A model generated the notes under the pieces. That model saw nothing but the letters and a program-made list of their open reading frames with translations. It was not told the origin of the DNA and did no database searches. 32,000 bases of DNA from NCBI RefSeq assembly GCF_008065095.1, contig NZ_CP042911.1, forward strand, positions 4,560,001 through 4,592,000, read 5' to 3'. How positions within the stretch are numbered: the stretch's first letter is position 1; every line of letters starts with the position of its first letter. Shown piece after piece: positions 15,828 through 24,607 of the stretch. The translations under genes were made by a program, and so were the position numbers. Source of the DNA: Gemmata obscuriglobus (lineage in GTDB: Bacteria; Planctomycetota; Planctomycetia; Gemmatales; Gemmataceae).

Positions 15828-17312
15828 ATGAACGAAACGAACGACGTGTACGACAACCCGCTGATCGGCCGGTACGCCTCCGCCGAGATGGCCGAGCGGT
15901 GGGGGCCGCTGCGGAAGTTCCGCACGTGGCGGCGGCTGTGGCTCGCGCTGGCCGAAGCCGAAGCCGAGTTGGGGCTGCTCGGCGACGACGGGCAGCCGCG
16001 CATCACACCCGCCAAACTCGCCGAGCTTCGCGCGCACCTTGACGACATCGATCTGAAACGCGCCGCGGCCCACGAGAAGCGCCTGCGCCACGACGTGATG
16101 GCCCAGGTCCACGCGCTGAAGGACGTGGCCCCCGGGTGCGGCGACATCGTCCACCTCGGCGCCACCTCGTGCTACGTCACCGACAACGCCGACCTGATCC
16201 TGATGCGGGAGGGGCTGAACCAGTTGTGCGAATCCCTCGCCTGCGCGATCGACGCGCTCGCGACCTTCGCGACGACCTGGAAGGACGAGCCGACGCTCGG
16301 GTTCACGCACTTCCAGCCCGCCCAGCTCACCACCGTCGGCAAGCGCGCGACGCTGTGGCTGTTCGACTTCGTGCTGGACCTTCAGGAACTCGAGCGCCGC
16401 CGCGACGAGTTGCCGTTCCGCGGCGCGAAGGGCACCACCGGCACGCAGGCGAGCTTCCTCGCGCTCTTCAACGGCGATCACGACAAGGTCCGGCGCCTGG
16501 ACGCACTCGTTGCGAAAAAGATGGGTTTCGACCGGGTGTTTCCGGTCACCGGGCAGACGTATTCGCGGAAAATCGACTCGCAAATCCTCGACGCGCTGAA
16601 CGGGCTCGCTCAGAGCGCCCACAAGTGGGGCACCGATCTGCGGTTGCTGGCGCACCGCCAAGAAGTGGACGAACCGTTCGAGGCCGAGCAGATCGGGTCG
16701 AGCGCGATGGCGTACAAGCGCAACCCGATGCGGGCCGAGCGGATGTGCAGCCTCGCGCGGTTCATTTCGGGCCTGCCCGCGATGGCCGCCGACACCGCCT
16801 CAACGCAGTGGTTCGAGCGAACGCTGGACGACAGCGCGTGCCGCCGGCTGTACATCCCGCAGGCGTTCCTCGCGACCGACGCCGTACTCCGCATCGCCCT
16901 AAACGTTCTCACCCAGAAGAGCGAAGCCGGGCGCGGGTTGGTCGTGAACAAGCCGATTATCGCCAAGAACGTGCGCGAGTACCTGCCCTACATGGCGACC
17001 GAGAACCTGATGATGGCCGCGGTCCAGGCCGGCGAAGACCGCCAGGTGGTTCACGAGATCGTGCGCCAGCACAGTCACGCCGTGACCGCTCGTGTGAAAT
17101 CGGGCGAGGGCTCACCCGCGGAGCTATTTGCGCTGTTGAAGGCTGATAAGAGCGACGCGTTCAAGAAAGTGGATTTCGGCGCGGTAACCGATCCGAAGCT
17201 GTTCGTCGGCCGCTCACCCGAACAGGTCGAGGAGTTCGTTGGCGAACACGTCGCGCCGATCCGTGCGCGATATGCTGGCGTTCTGGGGAAGACGGCCGAG
17301 TTGCACGTTTAA
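15828..17312 (+). CDS. purB: adenylosuccinate lyase
   Basis: MNETNDVYDNPLIGRYASAEM.. continues with HLGATSCYVTDN, the fumarate-lyase signature GSSAMAYKRNPMRAE and full-length collinearity of 494 aa. I prefer the ATG at 15828 over the track start at 15774. Confidence 0.95.
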   Translation: MNETNDVYDNPLIGRYASAEMAERWGPLRKFRTWRRLWLALAEAEAELGLLGDDGQPRITPAKLAELRAHLDDIDLKRAAAHEKRLRHDVMAQVHALKDVAPGCGDIVHLGATSCYVTDNADLILMREGLNQLCESLACAIDALATFATTWKDEPTLGFTHFQPAQLTTVGKRATLWLFDFVLDLQELERRRDELPFRGAKGTTGTQASFLALFNGDHDKVRRLDALVAKKMGFDRVFPVTGQTYSRKIDSQILDALNGLAQSAHKWGTDLRLLAHRQEVDEPFEAEQIGSSAMAYKRNPMRAERMCSLARFISGLPAMAADTASTQWFERTLDDSACRRLYIPQAFLATDAVLRIALNVLTQKSEAGRGLVVNKPIIAKNVREYLPYMATENLMMAAVQAGEDRQVVHEIVRQHSHAVTARVKSGEGSPAELFALLKADKSDAFKKVDFGAVTDPKLFVGRSPEQVEEFVGEHVAPIRARYAGVLGKTAELHV

Positions 17313-17605
17313 TCGTGAGGATATTGAACTTCAGCAAGAATGACGTATATCCCGATGCCAACGAGCATAAGCTGTGCGGGCACCGCAATAAACCCGCTAA
17401 TGGGTCCAAGTGCGGTCGCCCAAACAGTTGCCATGACAACGACTTGTTTCGATCGAGCGGGGTGAGAAGGGGCGGACACGAACCGCCCCACAAGCCAGCC
17501 CACAATCAGCGGGAGAATCAACCCGTAGGGAATCGACCGAAGAATCAGCGCCGCAACGGCCAACGTTACGGCGATTAGCGCGACGCCCCAGAGCGGAATC
17601 CGCAT
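17309..17605 (-). CDS. small integral membrane protein (98 aa, 3-4 TM)
   Basis: MRIPLWGVALIAVTLAVAALILRSIPYGLILPLIVGWLVGRF..VVMATVWATALGPISGFIAVPAQLMLVGIGIYVILAEV. It is strongly hydrophobic. GC is lower than in the neighbouring genes. The upstream 56 aa of the track ORF look non-coding. Confidence 0.55.
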   Translation of the reverse strand: MRIPLWGVALIAVTLAVAALILRSIPYGLILPLIVGWLVGRFVSAPSHPARSKQVVVMATVWATALGPISGFIAVPAQLMLVGIGIYVILAEVQYPHD

Positions 17606-17705
17606 GCCTGCTCTCCGACTCGCTCCAAGTTGGTTGCAATCGCTGATCGCTCGTATCGCCTGACTACAAGCGACACGAGCAGCAAGGCGGGAGGAATGCG
17701 CGCCA

Positions 17706-19277
17706 TCAAAGCCGCTGGCTGTACTTCTTGCCACGGCGCCCGAACGGCGGCTTCTTCGGATCATTCCCGCCACCGGATTGCGGCGGCGCGTCGTCAGAAC
17801 CCCAGCCGTCGTCGTCGGTCGCGGGCTTCTCTTCCTTCGCGGCCTCCCAACCCGAAAACACCACCTTCACCTCGGCTGCCGGCCGGCTGGCACGCGGCGC
17901 CGCCGCCTCAAACCCCTCGACCCGGTCCTCTTCGATGAGCCGGTTAATCATCATCTCGATGTTGGTGAGGTGCTCGCCCTGCTCCGGCAGCACGAACGAG
18001 ATGGCGATACCGTCCTTCCCGATGCGCCCGGTGCGGCCGATCCGGTGGACGTAGTTCTCGATGTCCATCGGCAGGTCGTAGTTGATGACGTGCGACAGCC
18101 CGCTCACGTCGATCCCGCGGCTCATCACGTCCGTCGCGATCAGGTACTTGATGTCGGCTGTGCGGAACGCGGCCATGATCTTCTCGCGCTGCGACTGCGG
18201 CAGGTCGCCGTGGATCACCGCGGCCTTCGGCACCGCCCGCTTCAGATCGCGGTACAGGTTATCGGCCCAGCGCTTGCGCTCCACGAAGATCAGGCACTGG
18301 CGCGGCTTCTCGCGCTCGACGACGCGTTTCAGCAGCTCGAACTTGCGGTCCTGGTCCACCGTGAAGTAGCTCTGGCGGATCTTGTCCACCGTCGGCTTCT
18401 CGGGCATCATGTGCAGGTGAACCGGGTCGCGCATGTAGCGGTTCACGAGCCGCTTGATCGAGTCCGGGACCGTCGCCGACATGAGGAGCGTCTGCCGCTC
18501 CGACGGGCACCGCTTCAGGATCCGCTCGATGTCGTCGCGGAACCCGATGTCGAGCATCCGGTCGGCTTCGTCGAGTACGGCGTAGCGGACCTGCGACAGC
18601 GACATCGACCCCCGCTGGAGGTGGTCGAGCATCCGCCCCGGGGTGCCCACAACGAGATCGCAGCCGCGCGTGAGCCCGTCGAGCTGGCGCTGCATCCCGG
18701 TGCCGCCGTAGACCGGCACGCAGCGGAACCGCTTGCTGGGCGCCAGCTTTTCGGCCTCGTTGGCGATCTGCAACGCGAGTTCCCGCGTCGGCGTCATCAC
18801 GACGCCGATCGGCCCCTTGAGGGTGTGCGGGCGCCAGCGGTTGAGGAACGGGATGAGGAACGCGGCGGTCTTTCCGGTGCCCGTCTGGGCCTGCCCGATC
18901 ACGTCCTTGCCGCGGAGGGCGGGTGGGATCACGTTTTCCTGAATCGGCGTCGGGTTCTTGTAACCCGCGGCGGTGATCGCGTCCATGAGCGGGCGCATCA
19001 GCTTCAGGTCCGCGAACAGCATCGCCGGATCGACTTCCGGCGGCGGCGCGGCTTCGTGGTCGGGATCGTCCGCGGGATCGCCGACCGGTTCTTCGTCACC
19101 CTCTTCGGCGTCGTCCTCGGGCTCCAGCGTGTGGGCGGTCGCGAGTTCGTCGGGGTTGAGTTCGTCAACCGGCTCGTCGGCACCGAACGCTTCGGCCGGG
19201 ACGTGGGTGGGAGGGGTGTCGGAATCGGGAACGGTCCAATCGTCCCCGTCAGTAGGGGGAATCAACACAAACTCCAT
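17706..19277 (-). CDS. DEAD-box ATP-dependent RNA helicase with acidic N-terminal extension and basic C-terminal tail
   Basis: It has the Q-motif GYKNPTPIQ, motif I AQTGTGKT, motif II VLDEADRMLD, motif III SAT and motif VI HRIGRTGR. About 95 N-terminal residues are rich in Asp/Glu/Pro. Confidence 0.95.
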   Translation of the reverse strand: MEFVLIPPTDGDDWTVPDSDTPPTHVPAEAFGADEPVDELNPDELATAHTLEPEDDAEEGDEEPVGDPADDPDHEAAPPPEVDPAMLFADLKLMRPLMDAITAAGYKNPTPIQENVIPPALRGKDVIGQAQTGTGKTAAFLIPFLNRWRPHTLKGPIGVVMTPTRELALQIANEAEKLAPSKRFRCVPVYGGTGMQRQLDGLTRGCDLVVGTPGRMLDHLQRGSMSLSQVRYAVLDEADRMLDIGFRDDIERILKRCPSERQTLLMSATVPDSIKRLVNRYMRDPVHLHMMPEKPTVDKIRQSYFTVDQDRKFELLKRVVEREKPRQCLIFVERKRWADNLYRDLKRAVPKAAVIHGDLPQSQREKIMAAFRTADIKYLIATDVMSRGIDVSGLSHVINYDLPMDIENYVHRIGRTGRIGKDGIAISFVLPEQGEHLTNIEMMINRLIEEDRVEGFEAAAPRASRPAAEVKVVFSGWEAAKEEKPATDDDGWGSDDAPPQSGGGNDPKKPPFGRRGKKYSQRL

Positions 19278-19622
19278 CAGTAAGCGACAAAGTGCGGCGC
19301 ACGGCGCCGTGAGGCAACGCTCTCTTAGTCTACATGGTAAGGGGTACGGCGCGCTGTTGTCTAGTTAACTTGCACAAAGGTGCGGAAAGCGGTGTCCGGA
19401 CACCGGCCGCAAAACGCCGCCCGCAAGGCGGATTCCGCGAGACAACTCAACCGGCACTGGAAAATCAATCGCAATAGAAATCACAATTGTGCAAAAACAA
19501 AATCGTATTTCCTTATCGTAGCGTTCGCCTTGTCGTTCTTTTACCTTGCTCCGTAACCCCGCTCAAGGTACGCTCAAATACGACACCTCTCCTCACCCAT
19601 CGAATGCGAGAGCGCGTCAAAC

Positions 19623-20411
19623 GTGAAAAGCACATTAACCGTGGCCACGATGGCCCTATCGGTGAGCGGCCTTCTCGCACTGGCAGCAGCCCCTCCTGAT
19701 GCCGGAGCACTTCCGCCGAAGGAAAACACGATCAGAATCATGATCGACACTTCGGTGAAAAACCAAATAACCGCACATGGCTTTTATGAAACTCAAGGTC
19801 CGACCGTCTCCTTAACGGGCGTGACCGTCTGGTGCTTCCCTGCCAGCGGCGGGGTCATGCCTCCCCAGAAAACAACGAAGGACATTGATGCCCAAAAAGG
19901 AAAGTGGGGCCTTAAAGGGAACTGTGTCATCGACACCCACGTGTACAAGGGCCAGTACGCAGTTCGCGCGGACGGGACGTTTTCGGATGGGTCGGTCCGC
20001 TCATCGGGTTACGTCGTCCAACACGTGGATGGTGACGGCCCCACACCGGCCGCCACGTTTACGCTCGATTGGGGTACCGGGTTTCCCAAAAGCACGCGGT
20101 CGAAAACGATCAGTGTTCAGGGCTCATTTACGGGTGACATGAACAAAAAGATGGCCGGTTCGGTCATCGCGTTTCCTGTCGAAGGCGGCAAACTGTCATC
20201 GGGCGATTTGAAAGCGGACCCGGCAAAGGGCACGTGGACCGCCGCCGACATCGCCGTCGATACCGCCACCGGTTACAGCGTCACGGCGTGGGCGGCCGAC
20301 AACGCTCCGAAGCCGCTCTGCTACTGCGCGCCGTTCGCCGTCACACGTGTCATGCCACTGCACCAGAACACCAGAGCTGCCACAAACAGCAAGCCCTTAT
20401 CAATTCGATAA
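19623..20411 (+). CDS. secreted hypothetical protein with two internally repeated beta-rich modules (262 aa)
   Basis: A GTG start gives [25 protein letters not shown] (signal peptide). [25 protein letters not shown] parallels [24 protein letters not shown]. Codon usage is atypical for the window (tta, aga, ata, aaa). No family recognised. Confidence 0.6.
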   Translation: MKSTLTVATMALSVSGLLALAAAPPDAGALPPKENTIRIMIDTSVKNQITAHGFYETQGPTVSLTGVTVWCFPASGGVMPPQKTTKDIDAQKGKWGLKGNCVIDTHVYKGQYAVRADGTFSDGSVRSSGYVVQHVDGDGPTPAATFTLDWGTGFPKSTRSKTISVQGSFTGDMNKKMAGSVIAFPVEGGKLSSGDLKADPAKGTWTAADIAVDTATGYSVTAWAADNAPKPLCYCAPFAVTRVMPLHQNTRAATNSKPLSIR

Positions 20412-20685
20412 AATAATAAATTTTATAACTATTACACCATTATGTACGGAGTTTAAACACTCGCTAGTTCCAAACGAGACAAACCTCCAGCAGCGGCCCG
20501 GATTGTGTTACACGGTTGCCGACCCCCGACTGCAAAGCAGCGGTACGCGCGTCCTGGCTCCTGGCGGGTGCGGCTCCCTCTCCAAACGTCACAACATCCC
20601 CGACCGCGTGCTGAGGCACCTGGAGAACGTCGGCTCATCGACGCTGAGCAAAGCTTCTCCGGCAACCATTCAAGGAGGATGCGCC

Positions 20686-21621
20686 ATGCCTCGAAAAAGC
20701 GGGTTCACGCTTATTGAGTTACTCGTCGCCATCGCGATCATCGCCGTTCTGATCGCCCTGCTGCTGCCCGCCGTTCAGCGGGTCCGTAACACCGCCGTTA
20801 AAATGAGCAGTGCAAACAACCTACGACAGATTCAGCTCAGCCTCCATAACTTTGCTTCCACCAACAACGATCGCGTCCCGGCACTTAACGGCGACCCACA
20901 AGGTCCGAACCCGAACCAAACCGTCCACCGAGCTATTCTGCCCTACATCGAGCAAGGCGCACTCTACCACAGCGCACTGTACACAAATCCCAACTTAGGA
21001 TTCGCCAATTTATACATAAAAACGTTTGTGAGCCCCGCAGACCCAAGTATCGAAGATGATTTCTACTACATCGGACCAGCAAGCTATGCCGCGAACGCCT
21101 TCGCTTTCAGGCCAGGATTTGCACTCACCTCGTCTTACCAAGACGGGATGTCCAACACGATTGCCTTCGCAGAACACTATTCACATTGCGGCCGCACAAG
21201 CGGCAACGAGTGGCGCTTTTGCTGGTGGCAACTCCTACCTTTGACAAGTTATCGGCGAGCTTCTTTTGCGGACAACGGCATCCTTTTTGCGAGCAGTCCA
21301 TCAGAGTACAGCAGTACCGGAACGGATGTGTACCCAAAAACACACGGCCACCCGCCGGTTTCAGCGCCGGCATTTCTACCAATTGGCCCAGTGCGCAACG
21401 ACACCCCACCGGGCACCGTGCTGCCTCCCATCACCACACCGTTCCAGACCCGGCCCGCACTCGAAGATTGCCACAGCTTGATACCACAAACACCGCACCG
21501 CAGTGGGATGCTCACGGCACTTATGGACGGCAGCGTCCGTACCCTGGCCCCCGGCATCTCACCGGCCACCTTCTGGGGCGCCGTCACCCCCGGCGCCGGC
21601 GAAGTCCTCGCCGACTGGTAG
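20686..21621 (+). CDS. DUF1559 protein with prepilin-type leader (paralogue 2)
   Basis: [45 protein letters not shown], then [11 protein letters not shown], then [17 protein letters not shown] (an exact H-X9-DG motif). The SD aaggagga lies 7 nt upstream. The track start at 20347 adds 113 implausible residues. Confidence 0.9.
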   Translation: MPRKSGFTLIELLVAIAIIAVLIALLLPAVQRVRNTAVKMSSANNLRQIQLSLHNFASTNNDRVPALNGDPQGPNPNQTVHRAILPYIEQGALYHSALYTNPNLGFANLYIKTFVSPADPSIEDDFYYIGPASYAANAFAFRPGFALTSSYQDGMSNTIAFAEHYSHCGRTSGNEWRFCWWQLLPLTSYRRASFADNGILFASSPSEYSSTGTDVYPKTHGHPPVSAPAFLPIGPVRNDTPPGTVLPPITTPFQTRPALEDCHSLIPQTPHRSGMLTALMDGSVRTLAPGISPATFWGAVTPGAGEVLADW

Positions 21622-21898
21622 CAGCGCAGCACGCGGGCCAGTGGACGTGTCCGTGACCGACCCTCCACCTTGGGGAGGAATTTGAGCCCGCTGGAGTCGT
21701 GCGCCGTTAGTTCGATGTGCGGGTTGGCCCGGCCGAGCACCCTGCCGCCGGGCCAACGCCCAGCCACAACGCGGCCAATCTACCAGGATAAAACACGTTC
21801 AATCACAATCTCACATCTGTTAAACAAGCTCCCCGCTACCCGCACCGAAGGTCTCGTGTGCGCAGCTTGTTTGTCTTGACCCGCCCGCTATCATACCC

Positions 21899-21929
21899 GT
21901 GGTTGCTGAGACGTTGTCTCAGCAACCAC
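21899..21929 (+). promoter_or_regulatory. perfect 14-bp stem / 3-nt loop hairpin in the leader of DUF1559 paralogue 3
   Basis: gtggttgctgagac gtt gtctcagcaaccac. It is preceded by a possible sigma70-like pair, TTGTTT (21868-21873), a 16-bp spacer, then TATCAT (21890-21895). It lies about 100 nt upstream of ATG 22031. Confidence 0.4.
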
Positions 21930-22030
21930 CACTGACAAGCACACCGCCAAACTCCTCGGGATGCGACCGTTCGGCGCTTACCTCCGGACGCAGTGCGGCT
22001 ATTCGCCACTGGCGCCATCGGAGGTCGGCC

Positions 22031-22939
22031 ATGCGCCGCTTCGCGTTTACGTTGATCGAACTTCTCGTCGTCATCGCAATCATCGCGATTCTGATCGGGC
22101 TGTTGCTGCCGGCAGTCCAGAAGGTACGGGAAGCAGCGGCCCGGATGAAGTGCCAAAACAACCTCAAGCAAACGGCTTTGGCGTTCCATAACTTCGAGTC
22201 GGCGATTGGCGGCTTCCCTGCATACTACACCTCCCAACCGGCAGACCCGTCCGGCAACGCGATCGCGTATTGGGGCATTCAGGTGCTCCCGTACATCGAG
22301 CAAGAGAACGTCCGCAAACTGTGGGTGTCCAACAAGACGTTCAGCGATCCTGTGAACCAACCCGCTGCGAACACCCCGATCCAGATCTTTGTTTGCCCGT
22401 CAGTACCCAACGGCTCGCGGCTCAGCACCCTGTCGAGCAAGACGTACGCGGTCGCCGACTACAGCTTGGCGTTGAGTGTGAGTAACAACCTCTACGGCCC
22501 GGTCATTACCTACGCCAAGCCAGCCAACGTCAGTGGGGTGCCCAGCACCGACGCAAATGCCTTCACGAAGGTGCTGGAAATCACCGACGGCACCTCGAAC
22601 ACGATCATGCTGGTGGAGTCCGGAGGGCGGCCCGACAACTGGCGCTCCGGCCGAACAGACGCGGCGTGGAGTTCGGTCCCCAACGGCGGGTGGGCACAAC
22701 CCAACGGCTCGATCATGCGGGGATACACCACACCGGCCGATCTGAGTACCATGACTCAGCCCGGGTCGTGCATGGTGAACTGCAATAACTACTACTCCAT
22801 CTACGGTTTTCACTCGGGCGGCGCCAACGTGTCTCTCGCAGACGGCAGTGTGCGGTTCCTCCGTCAGTCCGTGAACGCGGGAACGGTCGCGGCACTTATC
22901 ACTCGGGCCGGCGGGGAAGTGATCTCCGAGGAGTTCTAA
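22031..22939 (+). CDS. DUF1559 protein with prepilin-type leader (paralogue 3)
   Basis: [44 protein letters not shown], then [13 protein letters not shown], then [17 protein letters not shown] (H-X9-DG). The stop TAA (22937-22939) overlaps the ATG of the next gene. Confidence 0.9.
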   Translation: MRRFAFTLIELLVVIAIIAILIGLLLPAVQKVREAAARMKCQNNLKQTALAFHNFESAIGGFPAYYTSQPADPSGNAIAYWGIQVLPYIEQENVRKLWVSNKTFSDPVNQPAANTPIQIFVCPSVPNGSRLSTLSSKTYAVADYSLALSVSNNLYGPVITYAKPANVSGVPSTDANAFTKVLEITDGTSNTIMLVESGGRPDNWRSGRTDAAWSSVPNGGWAQPNGSIMRGYTTPADLSTMTQPGSCMVNCNNYYSIYGFHSGGANVSLADGSVRFLRQSVNAGTVAALITRAGGEVISEEF

Positions 22940-24123
22940 TGCGGTTTCTTGTGCTGCTCGCCGCCCTCTCCGCCACAGGATTGGGGATCTCGCGGGAGCC
23001 GCCACCTCCGGCCCCCCCCCGACTTCCCGCGCGACCGCTTCCGACGGCTGCGGAAGCCAAAGTGCGGGCGACCGAGTTGCGTAAAGCCTACTCCCGTAAG
23101 CCCTCCGAGTGGCCGAAGCCCACTCTTGATGAGGGCGCCGAGCACCGCGAACTCGGGTTGCTGCCCGAGGTGAAGCACCCGAAAGATAACCCGTACTCGA
23201 AAGACAAAGCGGAACTCGGTCGGGCGCTGTTCTTCGACGGCCGACTGTCCGGCGCCGGGCAGGCCGCGTGCGCCAGTTGCCACGACCCGGACCTGGCCTG
23301 GGCGGACGGCCGAACAACCTCTTTCGGACACGACCGCAAGCCGCTCAAGCGGAACGCCCCGAGCGTGCATAACGTGGCATTCGCAACCTCCTTTTTCTGG
23401 GACGGCCGATCCGATTCGCTCGAAGCCCAGGCGAAGGCCGTACTCGCCAACCCGGACGAGATGCGCGCCGACGAGAAGGGCGTGGTCGGTCGGTTGACGC
23501 AGGTCAAAGGGTATCCACCTCTGTTCGAGAAGGCGTTCGGAGATGGCACAGTCACCCTGGACCGGGTGTCCCAGGCGCTCGCGTGCTTCCAGCGCACGCT
23601 GGTCGGCGGGCGGAGCCGGTTCGACGCGTTCCTCAAAGGCAAAACCGATGTCCTCACGGACGCCGAGGTGCGCGGGCTGCACCTGTTCCGCACCGACGCC
23701 CGGTGCCTGCACTGCCACAACGGCCCGACCCTGTCGGACGGGAAGTTCCACGACATCGGGCTGAGCTACTACGGGCGCGAGCTGGAAGATTTGGGACGGT
23801 TCCGGGTCACGAAAGTGCCGGCCGATGTGGGGGCGTTCCGCACCCCGCCGTTACGGAATGTGGGCCGCACCGGGCCGTACATGCACAACGGGCTCTTCGA
23901 GTTGGAAGGGCTGCTGCGGATGTACAATGCCGGCGGCGCAACCATCCGAAAAACGGACAAGTTCAAGGACGACCCGAACTTCCCAACCAAGTCTCGCTTT
24001 CTGAAACCTTTGGGGCTTAACGCGCTCGACCTGGACGATCTGGAAGCGTTCCTACGTAGCCTCGACGAGCCTCACCTGCGCGTGCGCCCGCCGGCCGTCA
24101 GCTTGCCCGACGCGCGTCCGTGA
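22939..24123 (+). CDS. di-haem cytochrome c peroxidase (CCP/MauG family)
   Basis: There is a signal peptide [16 protein letters not shown] and two CxxCH haem motifs (CASCHD, CLHCHNGP). The family blocks are LFFDGRLSG, NAPSVHNVAF..FFWDGR, FRTPPLRNV and PYMHNG. Confidence 0.9.
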   Translation: MRFLVLLAALSATGLGISREPPPPAPPRLPARPLPTAAEAKVRATELRKAYSRKPSEWPKPTLDEGAEHRELGLLPEVKHPKDNPYSKDKAELGRALFFDGRLSGAGQAACASCHDPDLAWADGRTTSFGHDRKPLKRNAPSVHNVAFATSFFWDGRSDSLEAQAKAVLANPDEMRADEKGVVGRLTQVKGYPPLFEKAFGDGTVTLDRVSQALACFQRTLVGGRSRFDAFLKGKTDVLTDAEVRGLHLFRTDARCLHCHNGPTLSDGKFHDIGLSYYGRELEDLGRFRVTKVPADVGAFRTPPLRNVGRTGPYMHNGLFELEGLLRMYNAGGATIRKTDKFKDDPNFPTKSRFLKPLGLNALDLDDLEAFLRSLDEPHLRVRPPAVSLPDARP

Positions 24124-24166
24124 CAGGTCGGCACCGCCGGCGCCAGCCGAGAGAGCATGCGCTCGC

Positions 24167-24511
24167 TTACGGCAGCTCATTCCTCCAGGTGAGCCCCCGT
24201 TCGGCGCGCCGCTTCACCACTTCGGGTTTGTCGGCCGCCACGTTCCTGTCCCCTTTCGGCTCGACGCCCAGATCGTACAGTTCCGCACCGCTGCCGTCCG
24301 CTTTGACAAACAGCTTCCAGTTGCCGTTGCACGCCGCATCACCCCAGCCGAAATCGTCGACCAGCACGACGTCAACGTTGGGCCGTTCCGCGGCCGTTGC
24401 GGAAGCAGACGTAGCCACCGCGGCCAGGACCGCCGCAAGCCAGGATGGACGGACCTGGAGATCCTCAGCCGGTGCCGTGAGGCGCGAACCGCAGCACGGC
24501 GTCTGTCGCAC
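24167..24511 (-). pseudogene. collapsed sulfatase remnant (signal peptide plus first about 20 and last about 50 residues fused in frame)
   Basis: ..AAVLAAVATSASATAAERPNVDVVLVDDFGWGDAAC matches the sulfatase N-terminus (PN-V-L-DD-G-GD). It is joined directly to NWKLFVKADGSGAELYDLGVEPKGDRNVAADKPEVVKRRAERGLTW, the typical sulfatase C-terminal tail. The C/S-x-P-x-R formylglycine motif and the whole catalytic core are missing. Confidence 0.6.
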
Positions 24512-24599
24512 AGTTTAAGCAGACAGACGTGATCTACGGACCGCTTGTCGGTGCGGTTCGTGATTGCTGCGTCGCTCCCGAATTGAACGAATTACGCGT

Positions 24600-24607
24600 T
24601 GGAAGTC
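24600..24607. repeat. target-site duplication TGGAAGTC (left copy)
   Basis: The identical 8-mer abuts both IS termini (24600-24607 and 26404-26411). Confidence 0.8.

Noticed and set aside
17778-19283. 501-aa plus-strand ORF
   Set aside because: It is antisense to the DEAD-box helicase, which has all the canonical motifs on the minus strand.
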